NCBI GenBank assembly: GCA_030038315.1
Contig: JASHPD010000033.1
Location: 1-54,504 of the forward strand
Source of the DNA: Acidobacteriaceae bacterium
Lineage (GTDB): Bacteria > Acidobacteriota > Terriglobia > Terriglobales > Acidobacteriaceae
Length of the DNA stretch: 54,504 nucleotides
Direction of reading: 5' to 3'
In this document: piece by piece, positions 19,068 through 26,879 of the stretch
Layout: each line of letters opens with the position of its first letter
How positions within the stretch are numbered: position 1 is the stretch's first letter
Notes under the pieces: model-generated
Told to the model about the DNA's origin: nothing
The model's input: only the letters and a program-made list of their open reading frames with translations
Database searches by the model: none
Made by a program: the position numbers and the translations under genes

Positions 19068-19969
19068 TGAGCACGATTGAGAATCGCTATGACTTTGTGT
19101 ACCTGTTTGACTGCCAGGATGGCAACCCGAACGGCGACCCAGATGCGGACAATAGCCCGCGTTTCGACCCTGAGACCTTTCAGGGACTTGTCTCCGATGT
19201 TGCGCTCAAGCGCAAGGTGAGGGATTACGTGCTCTACGCATCGGAGGCTGGAGCGATTCCGCAGACGGGCAACCGCATCTTCGTTCAGAGCGGATTTTCT
19301 CTCGAAAGCCGCCAGAGCGAGCCATTCAAGAACTGGAATGGGCAAGGCGATGCACCGAAAGCCGCGGGGAAAAATACATCGCAATCTGACGTTGAGAAGG
19401 CTCGCCAGTGGATGTGCCAGAATTTCTTCGATGTGCGCGCTTTCGGAGCCGTAATGAGCACGACCGATTTTAATTGCGGCCAGGTGCGCGGCCCCGTGCA
19501 GATCACCTTTGCCCGCTCGCGCGACCGCATCCTTGACACGGATCACACCATCACGCGCCAGGCCTACACGACGCAGGCGAAGGCAGACTCCACTTCCGCG
19601 TCAACCGAAATCGGCCACAAGCACACCATCCCTTATGGCCTCTACTTGACGCACGGCTATATCAATCCCGTCTTTGCAGCAAAAACAGGATTCAGCGAGG
19701 ACGACCTGGCGCTACTGTGGAAGGCGCTTGGCAATCTCTTTGACCTGGACCGCTCGGCGGCGCGTGGAACAATGGCGGCACGTGGACTGTATGTCTTCAA
19801 GCATGAAAGCAAGCTCGGCAACGCACAGGCGCAGCGGCTTTTTGAGTCGATCCATGTTGAAAAGAAGCCAGGCGTTGAGACTCCGCGTGCCTTCACGGAC
19901 TACGACGTGCGGCTCCCTGAGCCGGGTTCGCTTTCCGGCGGCATCACGTTCATCGATGGACTTGCATAG
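19067..19969 (+). CDS. cas7: Type I-C Cas7/Csd2
   Basis: NRYDFV, GNPNGDPDADN.PR, SDVALKRKVRDY, FDVRAFGAVM, QVRGPVQ. Confidence 0.97.
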   Translation: MSTIENRYDFVYLFDCQDGNPNGDPDADNSPRFDPETFQGLVSDVALKRKVRDYVLYASEAGAIPQTGNRIFVQSGFSLESRQSEPFKNWNGQGDAPKAAGKNTSQSDVEKARQWMCQNFFDVRAFGAVMSTTDFNCGQVRGPVQITFARSRDRILDTDHTITRQAYTTQAKADSTSASTEIGHKHTIPYGLYLTHGYINPVFAAKTGFSEDDLALLWKALGNLFDLDRSAARGTMAARGLYVFKHESKLGNAQAQRLFESIHVEKKPGVETPRAFTDYDVRLPEPGSLSGGITFIDGLA

Positions 19970-19987
19970 CGGCGGCAAGGCGGCGCA

Positions 19988-20704
19988 ATGTACACGGAAG
20001 AAGAACTCCTTCCACTTTCAGGTCTCCAGCATCTGGCTTTTTGCCAGAGGCGATGGGCGTTGATTCATCTGGAACGCCAGTGGGAGGAGAATCTTTTTAC
20101 CGCCGAAGGTAAGCTGTTGCATGAGAAAGCGCATTCGGCGGAAATTGAATCGCGGCCTGGCGCGCTCATTCGCCGCACATTGCCCTTGCATTCCTTCCGG
20201 CTTGGTCTCTCCGGTCAGGCGGACGTTGTCGAATTTCTGCCATGTTCCGGTTCTGAGCCGGGTGTGCCGATGCCGCGCCGCCGCGGACTCTGGCGGCCAT
20301 ATCCAATCGAGTACAAACGCTCTCGAGACAAGTCGGGCAGCATTGCTTACCGCTTGCAACTCTGCGCACAAGCGCTGTGCATGGAGGAAATGCTCGGCGT
20401 GCGCGTTCCCACGGGCGCTGTCTACGATGGAAAAGCAAAGCGCCGCGAAGAAATCGTCTTTGACGAATTTCTGCGTCGGCAAGTGGAAGAGATGGCTGCG
20501 CGGATGCACCAGATTCTCCACTCCGGCAGAACTCCGCCGCCGGTGTACGAAAAGAAATGTGAAGGCTGCTCGATGAAGTCAATTTGCCTGCCTCTCGCGC
20601 TTGAATCCGGCAGCGCCTCGCAGTACCTGGCGCGCGTCATCAGCGCCAATCTCCGGCAGGAGCCGGATTTTCCGGACGATGAAAAGGAGATGCCTCTGTC
20701 GTGA
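19988..20704 (+). CDS. cas4: Cas4 nuclease
   Basis: LQHLAFC.RRWAL, GQADVVEF, PIEYK, QLCAQALC, C-terminal CxxCxxxxxC. Confidence 0.96.
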   Translation: MYTEEELLPLSGLQHLAFCQRRWALIHLERQWEENLFTAEGKLLHEKAHSAEIESRPGALIRRTLPLHSFRLGLSGQADVVEFLPCSGSEPGVPMPRRRGLWRPYPIEYKRSRDKSGSIAYRLQLCAQALCMEEMLGVRVPTGAVYDGKAKRREEIVFDEFLRRQVEEMAARMHQILHSGRTPPPVYEKKCEGCSMKSICLPLALESGSASQYLARVISANLRQEPDFPDDEKEMPLS

Positions 20705-21720
20705 GAAAGCTTCTCAACACGCTGTATGTCACCATTCCCAATGCCTACCTGAGTAAGGATGGAGAAACCGTGCTTGTCCGTGTGGAGCAGGAAACACGTC
20801 TGCGTGTTCCCATTCATACGCTGGAGGGAATCGTCTGCGTTGGGGTCGTTGCCATGAGTCCTCCGTTGATGGCATTCTGCGCCGAGCGCAGCGTTGGGGT
20901 ATGTTTCCTGAGCGAACATGGCCGTTTTCTCGCACGCGTGCAAGGACCGATTCACGGCAATGTCCTATTGCGCCGCGAGCAATATAGGCAAGCCGACCAG
21001 GATAGAGACTCGGTTTCGATTGCGCGGTCGGTTCTTTCGGCAAAAATTGCCAACTGCCGCACTTCGCTTTTGCGCGCTGGACGTGAGCACGTTTCCGAGA
21101 CAGTGAATCGCGCATCCATTCAGCTTGGACAGTCTCTCCGGCTGCTATCTTCAGCAGCCACGTTGGACGAGTTGCGAGGCGTCGAAGGAGATGCAGCGCA
21201 AACCTATTTTTCTGTATTCGACGAACTCATTCTGCATCAGAAGGAAGATTTCTTTTTCCGCGCACGCAGCCGTCGCCCTCCGCTCGACAATGTGAATGCC
21301 TTGTTGTCATTTCTATATGTTTTGTTGGCGCATGATGTAGCGTCTGCACTGGAAACAGTTGGCCTTGACCCGGCAGTTGGATTTCTTCATCGTGATCGTC
21401 CGGGACGGGCAGGTCTCGCTCTGGATTTGATGGAGGAATTACGCCCAATTTTGGCGGATCGCCTTGCTCTCACACTCATCAATCGCCGTCAGGTTACGCC
21501 AGGAGGTTTTTCCCGTGGTGAATCCGGTGGAGTGCAGATGAATGATGCTACGCGAAAAGAGGTTCTTATTGCATGGCAATCACGTAAGCAGGAAGAGATT
21601 CAGCATCCCTTCCTCAATGAGCGCATACCGTTTGGCCTGATTCCCCATGTGCAGGCGTTGCTGCTCGCACGCTATCTGCGTGGAGATATGGATGCTTATC
21701 CATCTTTCTTCTGGAGATAA
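20701..21720 (+). CDS. cas1: Type I-C Cas1
   Basis: RKLLNTLYVT, LRGVEGDAA, RRPPLDNVNALLSF, GFLH.DRPGR, LALDLMEELR. Confidence 0.97.
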   Translation: MRKLLNTLYVTIPNAYLSKDGETVLVRVEQETRLRVPIHTLEGIVCVGVVAMSPPLMAFCAERSVGVCFLSEHGRFLARVQGPIHGNVLLRREQYRQADQDRDSVSIARSVLSAKIANCRTSLLRAGREHVSETVNRASIQLGQSLRLLSSAATLDELRGVEGDAAQTYFSVFDELILHQKEDFFFRARSRRPPLDNVNALLSFLYVLLAHDVASALETVGLDPAVGFLHRDRPGRAGLALDLMEELRPILADRLALTLINRRQVTPGGFSRGESGGVQMNDATRKEVLIAWQSRKQEEIQHPFLNERIPFGLIPHVQALLLARYLRGDMDAYPSFFWR

Positions 21721-21725
21721 ACAGC

Positions 21726-22016
21726 ATGATGGTACTAGTGACCTACGATATGGGGACTCAAACAGATGCCGGCAGACGACGCCTGCGTCAAATCGCAAAA
21801 CTATGTCAGAATCATGGGCAGCGGGTGCAGTTTTCAGTATTCGAGTGCTTGGTTGAACCGGCTCTTTGGGTAGAATTTCGTGACCGGCTTACAGCCATCA
21901 TTGATCCTGCATCAGACAGTCTTCGCTTCTATTTTCTCGGGTCTAACTGGCAGCGTCGAGTTGAACATGTGGGGGCAAAGCCTGGATACAACCCGGAAGG
22001 TCCGCTTATTCTCTAG
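21726..22016 (+). CDS. cas2: Cas2
   Basis: VLVTYD, GQRVQFSVFEC, DSLRFY. Confidence 0.96.
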   Translation: MMVLVTYDMGTQTDAGRRRLRQIAKLCQNHGQRVQFSVFECLVEPALWVEFRDRLTAIIDPASDSLRFYFLGSNWQRRVEHVGAKPGYNPEGPLIL

Positions 22017-22192
22017 CGCGAACCTGCATTGCACAGCTTTCTTCAGGAGTATCCGCGCTTGATCCATTTCTTTCATTACATTGAAGATATTGCCAAGCAT
22101 ACTTTTCCATATTTGGAAATTACCGGGAACATAAGAACTTTCGCGTAATCAGTACCGTAAATTCAAGAAACCAGAGATGGTATAGTCAAGCC
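22017..22192 (+). promoter_or_regulatory. CRISPR leader
   Basis: AT-rich non-coding stretch between cas2 and the first repeat; the degenerate repeat lies at the opposite end of the array. Confidence 0.8.
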
Positions 22193-24643
22193 GTCGCGCC
22201 CCCACGGGGGCGCGTGGATTGAAACCCCTCTTCCGACAACTCAACAAGTTTCTGCATTCGTCGCGCCCCCACGGGGGCGCGTGGATTGAAACACTTCGGA
22301 TAATTCTTATATACACAACGGCGGTGTCGCGCCCCCACGGGGGCGCGTGGATTGAAACTTTCTTCGATAGTGGTTATCCTGCGATGATGTTCGTCGCGCC
22401 CCCACGGGGGCGCGTGGATTGAAACACAGGTGCTTCCGCAGCCCTTAAATCGTTCGCAGTCGCGCCCCCACGGGGGCGCGTGGATTGAAACATTGGCCGC
22501 ACGGGTAGCGGTAAAACCCAATGCGGTCGTGCCCCCACGGGGGCGCGTGGATTGAAACACAACACCGATGGAAAGCACCTTACGCTTGTTTCGTCGCGCC
22601 CCCACGGGGGCGCGTGGATTGAAACTTCATCCTTATTGGCGCGGTATTCATTATTACCGGTCGCGCCCCCACGGGGGCGCGTGGATTGAAACGTCCTGGC
22701 CGGTATTTAGCGCACCGGCTAACTTGGGTCGCGCCCCCACGGGGGCGCGTGGATTGAAACATTATTTTACGCCGCAAATTTTTTTGTTGATTTAGTCGCG
22801 CCCCCACGGGGGCGCGTGGATTGAAACACAACACCGATGGAAAGCACCTTACGCTTGTTTCGTCGCGCCCCCACGGGGGCGCGTGGATTGAAACATCGGA
22901 ATTTACTTTCCGCAACTCGGCGATTCATGTCGCGCCCCCACGGGGGCGCGTGGATTGAAACAACTAATAAATTCAGTTGTAACTGTCGCAGTTGCGTCGC
23001 GCCCCCACGGGGGCGCGTGGATTGAAACTCCAACTTCAAATAATCTTCTCAATCAGATTTACGTCGCGCCCCCACGGGGGCGCGTGGATTGAAACGCGTC
23101 GGCGTGCGTGCAGCCAACCATCGCAACTTGTCGCGCCCCCACGGGGGCGCGTGGATTGAAACTCAATATCGCGCTCAGCCAATGCTTCGTTAGCATGTCG
23201 CGCCCCCACGGGGGCGCGTGGATTGAAACCACCAGGACTTGCACTTGATCCGCTTTCGCGCGCGTCGCGCCCCCACGGGGGCGCGTGGATTGAAACTCGA
23301 TCCGGACGATGAAGTGTGCTCCACCTGTGGCGTCGCGCCCCCACGGGGGCGCGTGGATTGAAACTTTGGTTGAACCAAATGCCAACTCTTCTTCTTCGTC
23401 GCGCCCCCACGGGGGCGCGTGGATTGAAACTGCAAGCAGGGAGCGCTGCTCAGCACATCCCGATGTCGCGCCCCCACGGGGGCGCGTGGATTGAAACAAT
23501 ATCGCCGTCGCCGCTCGAATCCATCACGGCGTCGCGCCCCCACGGGGGCGCGTGGATTGAAACCTGTGCCCTTGGCGCGCTGGGCTACCGCGTCCTGTCG
23601 CGCCCCCACGGGGGCGCGTGGATTGAAACAGCTTCTCCCAGGCGAACCTCGCGCCCGGCGTGCAGTCGCGCCCCCACGGGGGCGCGTGGATTGAAACATC
23701 ATCGATGAGCGCGGCCGCAAGCCGCATCCTCCGTCGCGCCCCCACGGGGGCGCGTGGATTGAAACCAATGAGCTACGCGGAAGCGCGGGAGATGGTCTTG
23801 TCGCGCCCCCACGGGGGCGCGTGGATTGAAACAGCTTGAGCCGCCACGGTAATAGCCGAAATCAGCGTCGCGCCCCCACGGGGGCGCGTGGATTGAAACT
23901 CTGATGAGCGCATGATTCATCCATCACGGCGCATGTCGCGCCCCCACGGGGGCGCGTGGATTGAAACCCCTCAAAGTAGTATCTAACCCGAGCGCCGGCG
24001 GGTCGCGCCCCCACGGGGGCGCGTGGATTGAAACTGTTTCAGGCCCGTGGCCTGCATTCTCCGGTTTCCCGTCGCGCCCCCACGGGGGCGCGTGGATTGA
24101 AACCCCCACGGCACGTTATAGGGCGCTTGCTTTGTTGTCGCGCCCCCACGGGGGCGCGTGGATTGAAACCTTGAGCAGTTGCGCGTAATCGTCCACGGCG
24201 CTCCAGTCGCGCCCCCACGGGGGCGCGTGGATTGAAACGGTGCTCGCGGTCCTCAAGCGATAGGTTCTCGTGTCGCGCCCCCACGGGGGCGCGTGGATTG
24301 AAACGCGGCATCATCGCGTGGACATGGTGAACTGACCATGGTCGCGCCCCCACGGGGGCGCGTGGATTGAAACAGCACCAACATCCGCGAGTTTCACACC
24401 GGCAAAACGTCGCGCCCCCACGGGGGCGCGTGGATTGAAACTACACCGGCATCAAAAAGCTGATCGACGACGCAAAGTCGCGCCCCCACGGGGGCGCGTG
24501 GATTGAAACGATCAATTCGACCAACTCCAGCAGCGAGCAAATAGTCGCGCCCCCACGGGGGCGCGTGGATTGAAACTACCAGCCGTGGCAGAACGGCTCA
24601 TGGCAGCGCGGTCGCGCCCCCACGGGGGCGCGTGGATTGAAAT
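22193..24643 (+). CRISPR. Type I-C array: 37 repeats of 33 bp (GTCGCGCCCCCACGGGGGCGCGTGGATTGAAAC) and 36 spacers of 33-36 bp
   Basis: Counted by hand; repeat 6 (22526) starts GTCGTG and the last repeat ends GAAAT; palindromic repeat with ATTGAAAC 3' handle. Confidence 0.98.
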
Positions 24644-24680
24644 CCGAGTGCCATTCCAAACTGGTCGAAACGGCACTCGG
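24644..24680. terminator. Hairpin between the array and the convergent PIN gene
   Basis: CCGAGTGCC..GGCACTCGG 9-bp stem immediately after the last repeat. Confidence 0.5.
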
Positions 24681-24714
24681 TAACTGGTTGTTTAACATCA
24701 GTTAATCCTGCAAA

Positions 24715-25176
24715 TTATGATGAGCCGAGTCTTGTTTTCCCTGTTGTTGGAATTTGAGCATCCGGTGCGATTACATGGGCTTTGAGCTTGCGTTGCGGAA
24801 AATCGTTGGGATTGAGCGTAACGATGAAATCGGCATTGCCATCCTCGGCACAAGCGCAGAACGGTTCGTCAAATGGATCAGGCGAAATATCGTATCCTCC
24901 GGCAGACGGAATTTCTTCTGCCACCGAGCGGATCAGGTTGATTGCAGCGCCAATGAGATGAGGCCGCACCTTGCGGCGAGCGAGAATTACCTTGTACTCC
25001 TCAAGGATTTCTTCGTTCACCAGCCATGTAAAGGTGCGGTTGTCGATCCAATCGTGCAGCATCTCAGCGCTTGCAACAAGCGTACCGGGAACGGGCTTCT
25101 TGAATGCAGCAATCCCCGCAACCAGCACGGAAGTATCCACGACGCCTCTAGGCCGTTTTTTCTTCAGGTAGGGCAA
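24715..25176 (-). CDS. PIN-domain putative toxin (PIN_3-like; start uncertain)
   Basis: VVDTSVLV, EEILEEY, DPFDEPF, ADFIVTLN..DF acidic PIN motifs. Confidence 0.85.
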   Translation of the reverse strand: MPYLKKKRPRGVVDTSVLVAGIAAFKKPVPGTLVASAEMLHDWIDNRTFTWLVNEEILEEYKVILARRKVRPHLIGAAINLIRSVAEEIPSAGGYDISPDPFDEPFCACAEDGNADFIVTLNPNDFPQRKLKAHVIAPDAQIPTTGKTRLGSS

Positions 25177-25723
25177 CTACGGTGATCTCCGGTGACTTCT
25201 TTCGTTCGGCGCGATAGCGCTTGATCTCGTCCAGAATGTCCTGCTCCGTAGTTCCCGCCAGATCATCTGCGGCCTGTGAAAAGGTGCGCATGATTTCCTC
25301 TTTCCACTGATTATGCTCGCTCGCCTTAGCGCTCTTGCTCGGCGACTCGACCGCTGGAATTCGAGCTGCTAACTCCGCAGCCAGCGCCTGCACCGGCACC
25401 TCGATCCTGACCGGCTTTTCGCCTCGTAGCGGACGCGAAAGGATGGAGATGTTGCGAGCCTTGCTTATCTTTGACCTGGGCATATCCTTGAAAATCTCCG
25501 TGGTGAACCGTGCCAACAGCGGCACAGAGGTTCCAAGCGATTCTTTCAGGTAAAGGGCTACTTTGGCCTTGAGCAGCGTCGCGGAATCAAAGACGAAAAA
25601 ACGGTCCTGGCGCGGCGGATCGAGTACGCCAAACTGCACCAGATTCTGGAGGTCTTTCGGCGATACCCCTAGAACGTAGCTCGCATCCTTCAGCTTGAAT
25701 TGAACCTCGTTTCGCATAGTCAT
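25148..25723 (-). CDS. MerR-type HTH protein, putative antitoxin or regulator
   Basis: FKLKDASYVLGVSPKDLQNLVQFGVLDP HTH; overlaps the PIN gene. Confidence 0.7.
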   Translation of the reverse strand: MTMRNEVQFKLKDASYVLGVSPKDLQNLVQFGVLDPPRQDRFFVFDSATLLKAKVALYLKESLGTSVPLLARFTTEIFKDMPRSKISKARNISILSRPLRGEKPVRIEVPVQALAAELAARIPAVESPSKSAKASEHNQWKEEIMRTFSQAADDLAGTTEQDILDEIKRYRAERKKSPEITVVALPEEKTA

Positions 25724-25727
25724 CCTT

Positions 25728-25746
25728 TCATCTAAATTTTAGATGA
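25728..25746. promoter_or_regulatory. Palindromic operator candidate
   Basis: TCATCTAAA-T-TTTAGATGA, perfect 9-bp inverted repeat directly upstream of the MerR-HTH gene. Confidence 0.65.
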
Positions 25747-25865
25747 GCTGCGCGCCCGTGGCAAGTGACTCATTTACCGTCTCATTTATCAGGCTCTTCT
25801 GAGCCACCAGACCAATACAAACAAATAGTGTTTGCATTGTCGTCCATTGCACACAGCCACGTCCG

Positions 25866-26195
25866 CTACTCTGATCTGCCGACAGCCCGCTTTTGTACGG
25901 AAAGAGCAGACTTCAGCATAACCTCACGCTTGCGCGATTTTCCTGGCTTGAGATACTGGCGCGCAGTTGATTCCGATGCTTCGATTCCAGCAGAGCGCAA
26001 GCTATTGAGAACAGCTTCCAGAGAATATCCCTTTGTCATCGCTTCCTTTGCTTTTGCGCGCAACGACAAAAACACTTCTTTCCGCGAGTAGATTTTCTCT
26101 TTCGGTGATGGTGGAGTTGCAATGAGTTTGTCAAGCGCTCTGAGCGCGGCCTCCATTACCTCGCCTGTGATGATGTCTTTTCGAGCCATTTTCAT
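25866..26195 (-). CDS. Relaxosome accessory protein (IncQ2 MobC / TraK-position protein)
   Basis: SRKEV..AMTKGYSLEAVLNSLRSAGIEASESTARQYL pattern; divergent from mobB/relaxase across oriT. Confidence 0.7.
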   Translation of the reverse strand: MKMARKDIITGEVMEAALRALDKLIATPPSPKEKIYSRKEVFLSLRAKAKEAMTKGYSLEAVLNSLRSAGIEASESTARQYLKPGKSRKREVMLKSALSVQKRAVGRSE

Positions 26196-26431
26196 TTCTC
26201 CTTGTGTGCTGCAATAACAACTTCACAGTAGCAGTATTGTGATTCGATTGCGATGCACAAGAGGCGCGTCAATACAGGGCAATTCGCATCCATGCGCAAA
26301 TATGCAAGCCCCTTCCTTCCGATGCAAGCTTTTGTCGTAATTTCCTTTTCAACTCGCCAAGGCGCGCCGATACTCATGAAAACCGTTACTTCCGTCTGCA
26401 TAAAGAAATACCGTTCATGTGTCGGAACAGC

Positions 26432-26478
26432 GGTACAGGATGCGGGCTGTACGTAGACAAAGTGTCCGCCCAGCCCGC
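26432..26478 (-). other. Putative oriT with MOB_P nic site
   Basis: Minus strand: inverted repeat GCGGGCTG..CAGCCCGC running into CATCCTG^T (nick near 26436/26435), the RP4/R64-type YATCCTG layout. Confidence 0.7.
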
Positions 26479-26558
26479 CGCCTTCCATGCTCCGCGCTTC
26501 GCTTGTCGCATGAAGGCTCATCCTGAAACACCGAACGCGCCATGCGCAGGGAGAGACG

Positions 26559-26879
26559 ATGACCTTTACGAGACGGAAACAAGAACGCTCCATCATCCGA
26601 TTTGGGATGCGCATGAGCGAAGAGGAGAGCATCCGGCTTCGGGAGGATGCCGAGACTGCGGGACTCACCATGAGCGAGCTGGCGCGGCGGCGCATACTGG
26701 GCCGGCCAGTGATTGCCGATGTGGATGCGACGATGCTCCGCGAACTGCGGAGACAGGGAGGGTTGCTGAAGCTCACCAGCAAGTTGCTGGCGCAGCATCC
26801 TGATGTGGTGCGGGAGTGCGTGGAGGCTATTCGAATTTTGCGTTCAACGATAGAGCGGCTGGCGGCCGGCACGCAATGA
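26559..26879 (+). CDS. Ribbon-helix-helix mobilisation protein (TraJ/MobB-like)
   Basis: MRMSEEE..AETAGLTMSELARRRILGRPV..LRELRRQGGLLK; ATGA overlap with the relaxase. Confidence 0.88.
   Translation: MTFTRRKQERSIIRFGMRMSEEESIRLREDAETAGLTMSELARRRILGRPVIADVDATMLRELRRQGGLLKLTSKLLAQHPDVVRECVEAIRILRSTIERLAAGTQ

Noticed and set aside
23498-23934. Shared 12-mer ATCCATCACGGC in spacers 20 and 26
   Set aside because: Flanks do not align and the match is too short to show a common target
22186-24353. Many ORFs with repeated peptides
   Set aside because: These are translations of CRISPR repeats
22226-24610. Self-targeting or homing spacers, or isolated regulatory mini-arrays near the cas genes
   Set aside because: No match to the window and no extra repeat noticed by eye; a BLASTN-short search is needed to exclude this properly
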